A program made the position numbers and the translations under genes. DNA of 64,000 nt from an uncultured Candidatus Saccharibacteria bacterium (GTDB lineage Bacteria > Patescibacteriota > Minisyncoccia > Phycocordibacterales > G965230995), in the NCBI GenBank assembly GCA_965230995.1, contig OZ246398.1:73868-137867 (forward strand). Direction: 5' to 3'. The notes beneath the pieces are model-generated. The model was given only the letters and a program-made list of their open reading frames with translations, made no database searches and was not told the origin of the DNA. Below are positions 27,815 to 37,445 of this stretch, in pieces; positions within the stretch are counted from its first letter, which is position 1, and each line of letters starts with the position of its first letter.

Positions 27815-29086
27815 TTAGTATTCTCGCATTGAGACTTGGGCATCCATTTTCTTTACCAGATCTATGACTACCGACACCACGATAAGGAGGGCTGTTCCAC
27901 CAACCATAAGCGATTGGTTTTTTGTAAGAACTTGCATAATTATAGGCAAAACGGCAATCAAACCCAGGAACAGTGCCCCAAACAATGTCAGTCTTGTTGT
28001 TATGCTGGCCAAATGGTCAACGGTTGGTTTTCCTGGTCTTACTCCTGGAATGAAGGCTCCACCCTTTTGAAGATTTTCTGCAATTTTGTTTGGATCAAAA
28101 GTTACTGCTGTATAGAAATATGTAAAGAAGAAAACCAGAACAAAATACAGACCGGCATAAATCCATTGATTCTGAAGCTGTGTAAGCAAGAATTGCGACA
28201 CGCTTGTTACGGAGCTTATATCTAGTCTACTTGCAAATGACAAGATCATCTGAGGAAATAGCAAAATGGATAGAGCAAAGATAATTGGAATAACTCCAGC
28301 CTGGTTCAATCTGATAGGAAGATATGTTGATTGACCTCCCATTGTTTTCATACCTCTAACCTGTTTTGCATAAGTTACCGGAATAGGTCTCTCTGATTCA
28401 GTTATAATCACAACAGCGTATATCACAATAACCGCAATCAACGCTCCGATAATATAAGTCGGAAGCTGTGCTGGGTCATATAATTGAAAGAATCTTATTG
28501 CTGTCTGAGGAATTGCAGAAACGATACCAGCAAAGATAATCAGAGAGACTCCGTTACCGATTCCAAATTCTGTAACCAATTCACCAACCCAAGTAAGAAG
28601 AAGTGATCCCGCAACAGCAACTGTGATAATCACTGCAATCTCAAAAGAAGTTACTTCTCCAAGAATATTTTGTGAACGAAGCAAGCTAATGAAACCAAAA
28701 CCCTGTATCACAGCGAGCGGAACAGTAAGCATTCTCGAATACTGAGTCATTTTTCTTCGTCCAGTATCGCCTTCTTCTTGGTACATAGCCTTTATCTTTG
28801 GCGACATAATTGTCGCAAGCTGCATAATGATCGAAGCTGTAATGTAAGGGCTAACACCAAGCATAATAATAGACATTTGTTTCAAACCACCTCCTGAAAA
28901 TACGTTTATCAAACCGAAAATATCGCTACTTGATAGAAAGTTTTCTAGTAGTGTTGTGTTTATACCGGGAAGCGGAATATTAGCAAAAAGCCTGAACACA
29001 AGAAGAGCACCGAGAGTAAACAAAACTCTTTTTCGCAAAACTCGGTCTTCAAATATCAGCTTTATTTTATGTAATACCTTTTTCAT
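27815..29086 (-). CDS. secY: preprotein translocase SecY
   Basis: 423 aa, 10 TM, conserved SecY segments (GVSPYITASIIMQL, GGTALLIVV). Confidence 0.95.
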   Translation of the reverse strand: MKKVLHKIKLIFEDRVLRKRVLFTLGALLVFRLFANIPLPGINTTLLENFLSSSDIFGLINVFSGGGLKQMSIIMLGVSPYITASIIMQLATIMSPKIKAMYQEEGDTGRRKMTQYSRMLTVPLAVIQGFGFISLLRSQNILGEVTSFEIAVIITVAVAGSLLLTWVGELVTEFGIGNGVSLIIFAGIVSAIPQTAIRFFQLYDPAQLPTYIIGALIAVIVIYAVVIITESERPIPVTYAKQVRGMKTMGGQSTYLPIRLNQAGVIPIIFALSILLFPQMILSFASRLDISSVTSVSQFLLTQLQNQWIYAGLYFVLVFFFTYFYTAVTFDPNKIAENLQKGGAFIPGVRPGKPTVDHLASITTRLTLFGALFLGLIAVLPIIMQVLTKNQSLMVGGTALLIVVSVVIDLVKKMDAQVSMREY

Positions 29087-29120
29087 AAAGATTGGTTAAT
29101 TAGAAAAGAAAGACGCTCGA

Positions 29121-29567
29121 TTAGTAACCGAGCACCTTTCCTCCAGCTTTAGTTATTTTTTCCAAAGCGCTTTTAGACACTTTACATTCTGCAACAGTAA
29201 TCTTTTTTGTTATTTCTCCAGTTCCGAGAATCTTTATTCTTGGTCGCTTTCCTTTTGAAATAGAAATTGCCTTTGTTGCGATTATCGTAGATGGTGTTAC
29301 TTTGTCGCCGTCTTTGAATAATTCATTTATAACAGCAAGGTTGATTGGAAACATTTTCTCATTTACAGGAGTGTTGATGTTTACACCTCGTCCTCGAAGT
29401 TTAGGAATCTTTTCGATGAATTCTCTTGCTTCTGGTCGCAATTTGCTACCAGCTCTGGCAGTCTGTCCCTTTCCTCCTCGTCCTGAGGTCTTTCCTCTCT
29501 TTCCTCCTCGTCCAATGTTCTTTGAATCCTTTAGAGGTGTTCTTCTTTTTAGTTCGTGTGTTTGCAT
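29121..29567 (-). CDS. rplO: 50S ribosomal protein L15
   Basis: Gly/Arg-rich N-terminus GRGGKRGKTSGRGGKGQ, position before secY. Confidence 0.85.
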   Translation of the reverse strand: MQTHELKRRTPLKDSKNIGRGGKRGKTSGRGGKGQTARAGSKLRPEAREFIEKIPKLRGRGVNINTPVNEKMFPINLAVINELFKDGDKVTPSTIIATKAISISKGKRPRIKILGTGEITKKITVAECKVSKSALEKITKAGGKVLGY

Positions 29568-29576
29568 ATTAGTATT

Positions 29577-30188
29577 TTATAGTTTTGCGAGCGCCTCGAT
29601 GGCAACACGAGCGTTGTTAATTTTGTTCTTTGATCTAGAAAATATTTTTGCTCCAACGTCTTTTATTCCACCTAATTCGAGCACTGTTCTAACAGATGAA
29701 CCAGCAATCAAACCTCTTTCTGGAGCTGGCATAATGAGAACTCGTGAGCTTGCGTATTTTGCTTCGACTTCTTTTGGAATTGAATTTGTCTTTGTTAATT
29801 TAACTCTGAGCATATTCTTTTCTGCATCTCTCAATGCTTTTTCAATTGCAAGAGCAGTGTCTGAAGCCTTACCCATTCCAACGCCGACTCGTCCTTTTTT
29901 GTCTCCAGCAACAATACCAACAGAGAAACTGAATCTTCGTCCACCTGAAACGACACGAGTCACTCTTCGAATACTGATTATCTTGTGTTCGAATTCTGAC
30001 TTTTGTCTTTCTGGTCGCTTTGATTGTCTTTTGTCTCCGTCTCGTCTTGGTCCGCCCTTTCCGTCTCTTCTCTGACCATTTCCACCTCTTGCCCTACCTC
30101 CAAAATCGCGTCGAGGAGGGAATTTTCGAGGCTCTGACTGTGGCTTTACCGCCTGAACTTCTTTTTTTGGTTCTTGTACGTTATCCAT
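29577..30188 (-). CDS. rpsE: 30S ribosomal protein S5 with Arg/Gly-rich N-terminal extension
   Basis: IISIRRVTRVVSGGRRFSFSVGIVAGDKKGRVGVGMGKA core. Confidence 0.9.
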   Translation of the reverse strand: MDNVQEPKKEVQAVKPQSEPRKFPPRRDFGGRARGGNGQRRDGKGGPRRDGDKRQSKRPERQKSEFEHKIISIRRVTRVVSGGRRFSFSVGIVAGDKKGRVGVGMGKASDTALAIEKALRDAEKNMLRVKLTKTNSIPKEVEAKYASSRVLIMPAPERGLIAGSSVRTVLELGGIKDVGAKIFSRSKNKINNARVAIEALAKL

Positions 30189-30198
30189 ATTGATTACA

Positions 30199-30549
30199 TT
30201 AAAATACGAGTCCGCCCTTTCGCGCTCCTTCTGCTAATTTTGCAATAACACCTGCATACGCAAATCCTCCTCTATCAAATACGACCTTTGAGATTCCTTT
30301 TTCTTTTGCTTTCTCTGCAATTTTTTGTCCTGCTTCATTCGCTCTTTCTCCAAGAGTTCCTTTCTTGATTTCCTTTGTTGATGAAGAAACGATTGTCTTT
30401 CCAGCTACGTCATCAATAACCTGCGCATAAATCGCAGTATTTGATTTAAAGATAGACAGCCTTGGTCTCTCTGCTGTACCAGACACTTTTGATCTTATTC
30501 TCTTGTGTCGTCTGTCTCTTTTTTCTGTTTTTATAGAAGTGTTTTTCAT
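30199..30549 (-). CDS. rplR: 50S ribosomal protein L18
   Basis: [18 protein letters not shown]...[26 protein letters not shown]. Confidence 0.85.
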   Translation of the reverse strand: MKNTSIKTEKRDRRHKRIRSKVSGTAERPRLSIFKSNTAIYAQVIDDVAGKTIVSSSTKEIKKGTLGERANEAGQKIAEKAKEKGISKVVFDRGGFAYAGVIAKLAEGARKGGLVF

Positions 30550-30558
30550 ATGCGTTGA

Positions 30559-31092
30559 CTATACTGATTTCTTACCTTCTTTTCGTTTGATAACTTCATC
30601 ATCATATCGGAAACCTTTTCCTTTGTATGGTTCAGGTTTCTTTAGAGCCCGCACAGAAGCAGAGAAGCTTCCAACGAGTTCTTTGTCGATACCTGTAAAT
30701 GTAACAAGGTTTTTCTCGGCTGTTACTGTAATACCCTCTGGAATTGAAACATTTACTGGATGAGAAAATCCAAGAGCAAGCACAAGATTCTTTCCTTTTA
30801 CTTCTGATTTAAAACCAACTCCTTCGAGGATAAGTTTCTTTACGCAAGGAGTATTAACACCTTCAATCATATTTTCGATATGAGAAGCTGTTGTTCCCCA
30901 TAGAGCCTTTAGAGAACTGCTGTTTCTTGTAGGTTCAAAAGTTATTTTATTTCCATCTATTTTGATTTTTATAGCTGAATCAAACTTTCGTGTGAGTGTT
31001 CCGAGTTTACCTTTTACAGTTACGATATTTCCGTCCATTGTAACGGTAGTTCCAGCAGGGATTTCAATTTCTTTTTTTCCAATTCTTGACAT
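30559..31092 (-). CDS. rplF: 50S ribosomal protein L6
   Basis: MSRIGKKEIEIPAGTTVTMDGNIVTVKGKLG...; two L6 repeats. Confidence 0.9.
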   Translation of the reverse strand: MSRIGKKEIEIPAGTTVTMDGNIVTVKGKLGTLTRKFDSAIKIKIDGNKITFEPTRNSSSLKALWGTTASHIENMIEGVNTPCVKKLILEGVGFKSEVKGKNLVLALGFSHPVNVSIPEGITVTAEKNLVTFTGIDKELVGSFSASVRALKKPEPYKGKGFRYDDEVIKRKEGKKSV

Positions 31093-31101
31093 ATTCGTGT
31101 A

Positions 31102-31494
31102 TTACCAAACTTTTAATAGAAGTTCCCCGCCGACCTTTTGCTTTCGTGCTTCAGATCCAGACAAAATACCCTTTGGGGTAGTCATCACCAAAAGTCCAGC
31201 ACCGTTCTTTACTGGTCTTATCTCGCTAACTGAACCGTAGATTCTTTTTGAGAATTTAGAAACTTTTGATGTTCCTGTTATTTTTGGATTCTTTCCTTCG
31301 TATTTTAGAGTTATTACTATCGCTTTCTCAGAGACTTTTTTACCTTTTGTATCTACATCAGCAATGAAGCCTTCCTTTTTCAAGACTTCGCAAATCGCAA
31401 ATTTTATTTTTGAATATGGAACTTCGACGGTATCCTTTCGGACCACGCCGGCGTTCTTTATCCTTATCATCATGTCTGCTACAGAGTCGTTCAT
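31102..31494 (-). CDS. rpsH: 30S ribosomal protein S8
   Basis: DSVADMMIRIKNAG...GAGLLVMTTPKGILSGSEARKQKVGGELLLKVW. Confidence 0.9.
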   Translation of the reverse strand: MNDSVADMMIRIKNAGVVRKDTVEVPYSKIKFAICEVLKKEGFIADVDTKGKKVSEKAIVITLKYEGKNPKITGTSKVSKFSKRIYGSVSEIRPVKNGAGLLVMTTPKGILSGSEARKQKVGGELLLKVW

Positions 31495-31524
31495 AATATT
31501 ATTTCAAATTAAAGCAGGAAATTC

Positions 31525-31710
31525 CTACCACGATGACTTTTTAATACCTGGAATTACGCCTTCGTTTGCGTATTCCCTAAAACAGATTCGACACAAGTCG
31601 AAATCTCTCATAAAACCATTTGTTCGACCACATTTAAAACAACGATTTGTTCTTCGTGTGCTAAACTTTTGCTTCTTTTGCGATCTTGCAATTACTGATG
31701 TCTTTGCCAT
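31525..31710 (-). CDS. rpsN: 30S ribosomal protein S14 (zinc-binding type Z)
   Basis: 61 aa; CFKCGR...CRICFRE zinc ribbon. Confidence 0.9.
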   Translation of the reverse strand: MAKTSVIARSQKKQKFSTRRTNRCFKCGRTNGFMRDFDLCRICFREYANEGVIPGIKKSSW

Positions 31711-31879
31711 ATATGTTTTGATTGATAATTAAACAAAAATAGTCAACAAAAAGGGACTATTTTGCTTGTCTGCAATGTAGGATTGTAATCCAAACGCGCA
31801 GACTTCCCTTATGAAAGCGCCAAAACGCTTGGGTGATATACTACCATAATCAGAAAAAAGCGCAAGGAACCGCGCGCCT

Positions 31880-31902
31880 ACGGCGCGCGGTGGTTTAGGC
31901 CT
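31880..31902 (-). terminator. GC-rich hairpin terminator after inserted HExxH gene, upstream of rpsN
   Basis: ACCGCGCGCC-UAC-GGCGCGCGGU. Confidence 0.6.
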
Positions 31903-31909
31903 TAAAAAT

Positions 31910-32968
31910 CTATTCCGAAAGTAATCTTCTTACTGTTTTATGCCAGTCTTTTAGTTTCTTTAGACTTAGTAATGCAACAGCTTCTTCATTTGTATACCCA
32001 CCTTTTTTAATTAATTCATCAAATGCCTTAAAGGCAATTTCTAATTGTTTTTCATATTCACCAACAAGGGCACTGACAATTTTTTGATTTAGTTTATCGT
32101 TTTTCCCAGAGTTAATTAGACTAGCAATTTCTTCTGGAATATAAAAATAGACAGGAAGCGACCATGCAGTTTTATCAAATCTTAATAGTTTGTATATTTC
32201 TTCTGTTTCCTGATTCTCAGCCTTTTTTCTGACTAGAAACTCATCTTTTGCCTGTTCAAGCATAAATTCCTTTATGGAACGTATGTCTTTTATTGTATTT
32301 TCATCAATCTCTTTATTTATAAGTAAGGATACGGCAAGTCGAATTTTTGCTGAAAAATAATCATTAAGGGCAGCAGTACCATTTATAGCAACATAAAGCA
32401 GATAATTGCCGACGTGACCAACTTCATGAGCAACTGTAGATTGATATTCTTCTGAATCCTTATCCACGAGAAATTCTGAGACAAAAGATGGGTCTAGACG
32501 GTTGGAATTTTCTTTAATTTTCTTTGCAAGTAGTACCAATCTATCCTCGTCCTTTGTCAGTTCCTTTCGGGCAGAAAATATAACAGGTACAACGCGACCA
32601 GCAAACTCTCTAAAAACCATTAATCCTCCTCGAGATCTACCACTTGCACTATCAAAAAAAGGAGAGTCATTTTCTATATGAATATATGTAGAATGAAATG
32701 TCACTTTCGCATTTAATAATTGATTGTACTCTGCGGTTTCTGAAAGCATTCCTAATATTTCTGTTTCTGTGTATTTATTTTTTAAAAACAATAAATCAAA
32801 AAAGAATTCCTCTAGTCTACTGAACCACCTAAGCATCTTCTCTCTATCATTTTTAAACAAAAGCTTATGGTCTTCGAGATGCATAATTGCTTCAAATAAA
32901 ATACTAGAAAATTCTTCTTTTGTAACATCATCAGGAATACTATCAATGGCTTTTTCAACATCCATCAA
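31910..32968 (-). CDS. hypothetical protein with HExxH motif (possible metallopeptidase-like), inserted inside the spc ribosomal operon
   Basis: 352 aa; AHEVGHVGNY motif; no other recognisable domain. Confidence 0.4.
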   Translation of the reverse strand: MMDVEKAIDSIPDDVTKEEFSSILFEAIMHLEDHKLLFKNDREKMLRWFSRLEEFFFDLLFLKNKYTETEILGMLSETAEYNQLLNAKVTFHSTYIHIENDSPFFDSASGRSRGGLMVFREFAGRVVPVIFSARKELTKDEDRLVLLAKKIKENSNRLDPSFVSEFLVDKDSEEYQSTVAHEVGHVGNYLLYVAINGTAALNDYFSAKIRLAVSLLINKEIDENTIKDIRSIKEFMLEQAKDEFLVRKKAENQETEEIYKLLRFDKTAWSLPVYFYIPEEIASLINSGKNDKLNQKIVSALVGEYEKQLEIAFKAFDELIKKGGYTNEEAVALLSLKKLKDWHKTVRRLLSE

Positions 32969-33058
32969 AAGGGCACCAAAAACTTCTAGCTCATCATTTG
33001 CTAGTTTTACAACATCTTTTACGTGTTCTCTTCTCTCTTTTTTAGGTAGTTTTAGTAT

Positions 33059-33250
33059 TTAATTTAAAGCCTCTTTTGCTGTCATAGTATATTGAGACTT
33101 GTCTTTACTATGTAGTCGTTCAACAGTAGTGGTAATTAATTTACTTGTAGGTTTAATTGGGTTCCCTATATCTTCTTCGTCTCCAGAGGTCCTTTTTGGT
33201 CCATTCTCGCTTGTAATCTTGTTTGTTGGTATCTTGTCTAACATATACAC
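33059..33250 (-). CDS. small hypothetical ORF (63 aa) upstream of HExxH gene
   Basis: ORF only; low complexity; may be non-coding. Confidence 0.2.
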   Translation of the reverse strand: MYMLDKIPTNKITSENGPKRTSGDEEDIGNPIKPTSKLITTTVERLHSKDKSQYTMTAKEALN

Positions 33251-33270
33251 ATATTAGCATTTTAATATAC

Positions 33271-33300
33271 AAACAAAAAATACCCCGCTTTTGCGGAGTA
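33271..33300 (-). terminator. terminator after rplE
   Basis: AAAAAAUACCCCGC-UUUU-GCGGAGUAUUUUUU (one mismatch in stem). Confidence 0.55.
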
Positions 33301-33313
33301 TTTTTTGTTTTGA

Positions 33314-33859
33314 TTATTTAACTTGAGCTTTTTTGAAAGGAAAACCTAGGTGTTTAAAGAATTCGAGAGCTTGTTTTTTGTCTTTTGCTGTTGTTACGAA
33401 AGTAATTGCCATCCCGAATATATCTCTAACGTCTTCGTCTGCTGTTTCTGGGAAGATTGTATGTTCTTTGATTCCCAATGTGTAGTTTCCGATATCATCG
33501 ATTGAAGATTCAGATATTCCTCGGAAGTCTTTTGTTCGAGGAAGAGCAGTAAGAAGAAGCCTGTCAACGAAAGCCTCCATTCTTGTACCTCTCAAGGTAA
33601 CCTGATAGCCAACAATATCACCTTGTCTCAATTTGAATGTAGCAATAGACATTCTAGCTGGTCTTCCAGCTGGCTTTTGTCCTGTGATTTTTGCAAGTCT
33701 GTCCTGAATAAGCTTCATCTTGTTCTTGTCTTTTACAGAACCGACTCCAACGCTCACAATAACCTTTGAAAGTTTTGGAGCTTGCATAGGGTTCTTTAGC
33801 CCCAATGTATCTTTGAGAACTTTAAAGCTTGTATTGTTTTTTTCTTTTGTTATAGACAT
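33314..33859 (-). CDS. rplE: 50S ribosomal protein L5
   Basis: 181 aa, LKNPMQAPKLSKVIVSVGVG...ITFVTTAK conserved L5. Confidence 0.9.
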   Translation of the reverse strand: MSITKEKNNTSFKVLKDTLGLKNPMQAPKLSKVIVSVGVGSVKDKNKMKLIQDRLAKITGQKPAGRPARMSIATFKLRQGDIVGYQVTLRGTRMEAFVDRLLLTALPRTKDFRGISESSIDDIGNYTLGIKEHTIFPETADEDVRDIFGMAITFVTTAKDKKQALEFFKHLGFPFKKAQVK

Positions 33860-33873
33860 ATTCAGTTTGAAAA

Positions 33874-34179
33874 TTATATCGTTGCTGAGCTTTTCTTTGC
33901 GATTCTTTCTTTTTTGTCTCCGTTTACTTTGTAACCAATTCTAGTTCCTTTTTTTGTTTTAGGATCTACAATCATTACGTTTGAAACGTGAATAGGCATT
34001 GTCACTTCGACAATCTGGCCTTTTCCGCCTTTCTTTGTTTTTTTCTTGTGGACTTTTCTGACATTAACACCTTCGATTACTACCCTGTCTTCTTTTGGAA
34101 GTGCGTGAACAACCTTTCCAGACTTTCCTTTGTCCTTTCCGGCTATCACTATTACGTTGTCGTCTTTCTTGATTTTCAT
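33874..34179 (-). CDS. rplX: 50S ribosomal protein L24 (start at MKIKKDD; ORF track extends to 34266)
   Basis: KOW motif VIVIAGKDKGKSGKV. Confidence 0.85.
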   Translation of the reverse strand: MKIKKDDNVIVIAGKDKGKSGKVVHALPKEDRVVIEGVNVRKVHKKKTKKGGKGQIVEVTMPIHVSNVMIVDPKTKKGTRIGYKVNGDKKERIAKKSSATI

Positions 34180-34186
34180 AATGTTT

Positions 34187-34558
34187 TTATACAACCTCTG
34201 GCGCAAGGGAAATAATCTTCTGGAAACCAGCCTCTCCCACTTCTCTTGGGATTGGGCCGAAGACACGTCCTGCGATAGGTTCTTTCTTTATCTTTTCTAC
34301 CAAAACGACGGCGTTTTCATCGAATCTAACGTATGATCCGTCCTTTCGTCTGATTGGTCTCTTTGTTCGTACCACAACGGCTCGGACAACTTCTTTTTTC
34401 TTTACGCCTTTTCGTGGTTCTGCCTTTTGTATTGAAATGACTACGAGTTCACCAACTTCTGCCCATCTCTTTTTTGATGAACCAAGCACTTTGAAAATTC
34501 GTCCTATCTTGGCGCCAGAGTTGTCGGCTATTTTAACTATTGATCGTGGCTGAATCAT
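34187..34558 (-). CDS. rplN: 50S ribosomal protein L14
   Basis: MIQPRSIVKIADNSGAK... Confidence 0.95.
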   Translation of the reverse strand: MIQPRSIVKIADNSGAKIGRIFKVLGSSKKRWAEVGELVVISIQKAEPRKGVKKKEVVRAVVVRTKRPIRRKDGSYVRFDENAVVLVEKIKKEPIAGRVFGPIPREVGEAGFQKIISLAPEVV

Positions 34559-34562
34559 ATTA

Positions 34563-34823
34563 TTAAATTACTTTAAAAGTCTTTGTTTTTGAAATTGGCT
34601 TTACTTCGACAATTGTAACTGTTTCGCCAATTTTCTTTGTATTACCAGCATCGTGTGCTTTTATTCTTTTGCTTCTCTTTATGAATTTCTGATATTTTGG
34701 ATGTTTTACATATCGTCCAACTTCGACAACAATAGTGTCTTTCATTTTGTCAGAAACAACCATACCTTTGAATGTTTTCTGGCTTTTTATCTCTGTATTA
34801 TTATTTGAAGCTGTTTTTGTCAT
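34563..34823 (-). CDS. rpsQ: 30S ribosomal protein S17
   Basis: [20 protein letters not shown]...[19 protein letters not shown]. Confidence 0.9.
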   Translation of the reverse strand: MTKTASNNNTEIKSQKTFKGMVVSDKMKDTIVVEVGRYVKHPKYQKFIKRSKRIKAHDAGNTKKIGETVTIVEVKPISKTKTFKVI

Positions 34824-34824
34824 A

Positions 34825-35007
34825 TTATGCCTTTCTTGAATTTAATTCTGTAAGAAGTCTTGCTATATCTTTTTTCAAGTTCTTGCCAAGTTTTACATTT
34901 CTAGTCTTGCTTCCAGAGAGATCAAAACGAAACTGCCTTAGTTCGGCTTTCTTATCCCTTATATCCTTTAGGATATCTTTATCTGATTTTTTGCTGATCT
35001 CTTTCAT
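34825..35007 (-). CDS. rpmC: 50S ribosomal protein L29
   Basis: 60 aa helical, [15 protein letters not shown].. Confidence 0.85.
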   Translation of the reverse strand: MKEISKKSDKDILKDIRDKKAELRQFRFDLSGSKTRNVKLGKNLKKDIARLLTELNSRKA

Positions 35008-35050
35008 AATAAGCTACTAGACTACATTATTTATCTAAAAAACACAATGG

Positions 35051-35476
35051 TTAAGCTCTGACTACGAATTTTACCTTTACAGGGAGCTTTGCTCCTGCTT
35101 TTCGAAGCGCTTCTTTTGCAACCTCTTCAGAAACACCATCTACTTCAAACAAAACGTTTCCTGCCAAAACTGGGGCAACATAACCCTGAAGGTCTCCCTT
35201 TCCTTTTCCGAGTTTAACTTCGGCTGGCTTTTGTGTATAAGGCATATCAGGGAAAACTCTAACCCAAAGCTTTCCTGCTTTTCCGATTGTTCTTGAAACA
35301 ACCTTTCTTGCAGATTCAAGCTGGTTTGATTTTATTCGTCCCATCTCTGTTGCTTTGATACCGTATGAACCAAAAGAAACTTTTGTTCCTCTTGTGGCGT
35401 TACCAACACGGCTAGGATTTCGCCTAAATGTGTGCCACTTTCGATGTTTAACTTTCTTTGGAAAAAATTGTGACAT
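35051..35476 (-). CDS. rplP: 50S ribosomal protein L16
   Basis: KKVKHRKWHTFRRNPSRVGNATRGTKVSFG... Confidence 0.95.
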   Translation of the reverse strand: MSQFFPKKVKHRKWHTFRRNPSRVGNATRGTKVSFGSYGIKATEMGRIKSNQLESARKVVSRTIGKAGKLWVRVFPDMPYTQKPAEVKLGKGKGDLQGYVAPVLAGNVLFEVDGVSEEVAKEALRKAGAKLPVKVKFVVRA

Positions 35477-35481
35477 GGTAA

Positions 35482-36150
35482 TTAATTATTCTTTTCTTTT
35501 GCAAAAATATCACCTTTGTATATCCAAACCTTGATACCAATCACTCCATAAGGAAGGTTGGCTCGATATCTGGCAAAATCAACATTGGCTCGGATCGTTT
35601 GAAGAGGAATTCGGCCCTTTTTCATTTTTTCTGTTCTAGCCATTTCTGCTCCTCCAAGTCTTCCGCCCATTTCAAATCTAGCACCCAAGACTTCTCTGTT
35701 TGCCATTACCTTTTCAATCATTTGCTTCATTACTCTTCGGAAAGGAAGTCTTTTTTCGAGTCCTTCTGCAATCATTTCTCCTACAATTCTTGCATTTCCT
35801 TCTGGATTTCGAATTTCTTTTACATCAAGCCTAAGCTCTTCTGTTCCGAGAACATTCTTCTTTCGAAGTTCTTTTGTGATTTCGTCTCGCAATTTTTGAG
35901 CACCTTCTCCGCTTCTTCCGATAACGAGTCCCGGTCTTCCTGTTTCGATAATAATTCGAAGATATTTCTGGCTTCTTTCTATCTCGATATTACCGACGCT
36001 CATATTTCGAAGTCTCTTTTCGAGATATTCTCTTATAACAATGTCACCCCTTAGGTTCTTTTTGTAGGCATCTTTTACGCCGAACCAACGACTTTTCCAG
36101 TCTTTTATTACTCCGAGTCTATGTGAATATGGGTGAACTGTATGTGACAT
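35482..36150 (-). CDS. rpsC: 30S ribosomal protein S3
   Basis: VHPYSHRLGVIKDWKSRWFG..KH domain.. Confidence 0.95.
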   Translation of the reverse strand: MSHTVHPYSHRLGVIKDWKSRWFGVKDAYKKNLRGDIVIREYLEKRLRNMSVGNIEIERSQKYLRIIIETGRPGLVIGRSGEGAQKLRDEITKELRKKNVLGTEELRLDVKEIRNPEGNARIVGEMIAEGLEKRLPFRRVMKQMIEKVMANREVLGARFEMGGRLGGAEMARTEKMKKGRIPLQTIRANVDFARYRANLPYGVIGIKVWIYKGDIFAKEKNN

Positions 36151-36169
36151 ATTTGTTTATAATTTTCGA

Positions 36170-36625
36170 TTATTTAGTTTCTTTTTTTGCTTTTGTAGTC
36201 TTTCTTGTAGTGGTCTTTTTTACTTTTGTCGCAACTGTTTTCTTTTCTACTGTTTTCTTTTCTTTGGCTTCTGGCTTTTTTTCTTTTGGAGCCTCGGTTG
36301 ATTCAAGAGTAACTTTGAGGTGGCTTGTTCTCTTTCTGATTGGGAAAGCTCTACCTCTTGCTCTTTCCATTCGTCTCATCATTACAATTCCCTTGTCGAC
36401 TGTTAGATTCTTTACGACTAGAGATTCTTCGGAATATCCGAGTGTCTTTGCATTTGAAACCGCAGAAAGGATAAGTTTTTTAACTGGATCAGAAGCTCTC
36501 TTTGGAAGAAGAGAAAGTCTTGAGACAGCGTTTGCAATCTTTTTTCCTTTTACATAATCAGCAACAAGTCGCACCTTTCTAGGAGACTGTCTGTAGTTTT
36601 TAAGTTGTGCTGTAATATATGACAT
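36170..36625 (-). CDS. rplV: 50S ribosomal protein L22 with Lys/Thr-rich C-terminal extension
   Basis: AQLKNYRQSPRKVRLVADYVKGKKIANAV... Confidence 0.9.
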   Translation of the reverse strand: MSYITAQLKNYRQSPRKVRLVADYVKGKKIANAVSRLSLLPKRASDPVKKLILSAVSNAKTLGYSEESLVVKNLTVDKGIVMMRRMERARGRAFPIRKRTSHLKVTLESTEAPKEKKPEAKEKKTVEKKTVATKVKKTTTRKTTKAKKETK

Positions 36626-36634
36626 AATCCTTTA

Positions 36635-36973
36635 TTATTTAGATGCTGTTGTAGCCTTTGCTGATTGTGCTGCAGTAATTTCTGCCTGCTTCTTTGCGGC
36701 ATCAATTTCCTTTTGCATTTTACCTCCATGTCTGTGGAATGTTCGTGTAAGTGAAAATTCACCCAATCTGTGTCCAACCATTTCTTCTGTAACCAATACT
36801 TCGATATGAGTCTTTCCGTTGTGAACACCAAAAGTGAAACCTACCATTTCTGGAGATATTTGGCATGCTCTTGACCAAGTTTTAATAACCCCAGTTTCTC
36901 TTGGGTTCTTGCCGAGAACTTTATTTAGGACTCGTTCATCTACATATGGTCCTTTTTTTAGCGACCTAGTCAT
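36635..36973 (-). CDS. rpsS: 30S ribosomal protein S19 with C-terminal extension
   Basis: [16 protein letters not shown]...[17 protein letters not shown]. Confidence 0.9.
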   Translation of the reverse strand: MTRSLKKGPYVDERVLNKVLGKNPRETGVIKTWSRACQISPEMVGFTFGVHNGKTHIEVLVTEEMVGHRLGEFSLTRTFHRHGGKMQKEIDAAKKQAEITAAQSAKATTASK

Positions 36974-37128
36974 TTGATTGCGTTTCGTAAATTAAAATGC
37001 CCCTACATAGAGCTGGGCTACATAGTAGCAAAAAATAAAAATGTGTCAAACGAAAAAACGGTTTTTTATATAAAACAGAAACACCCCACAAGGAGGAGGG
37101 GGTGTCCCTGCCCTTTTGGGGTGTAAAT

Positions 37129-37356
37129 TCACTTTTTGATTTCGAACCCGAAATCGTCTGCGAGTTTGATTACCTCGCTAGAGTCCGGGTTTTCCGCCAG
37201 CATCGCGCCAACTTTCATTGACGCATCCTTGTGGTTTGGGGAACACCCAAACACCTTTCTGAACCGCTTGAGTCGGGAATACCTCCTCGAGCGGGTGAGG
37301 CCGTAAACGGCCTGCATGAGAATCATCCCGGCAATGACAGCCAACACATAAAGCAT
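37129..37356 (-). CDS. small hypothetical protein with N-terminal TM helix, in GC-rich island 3 inserted between rpsS and rplB
   Basis: 75 aa; GC-rich codons; TATAAT promoter on minus strand (~37395-37400) and GAGGT RBS; GC hairpin downstream (~37090-37115). Confidence 0.35.
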   Translation of the reverse strand: MLYVLAVIAGMILMQAVYGLTRSRRYSRLKRFRKVFGCSPNHKDASMKVGAMLAENPDSSEVIKLADDFGFEIKK

Positions 37357-37445
37357 AGTTTACCTCGGGTTTTGGTTTCTGGCTTAGTTTCTCCGCTACA
37401 TATTATAACACACTCATTTTAAAAAAGCAACAGCGCGTAGCACTT

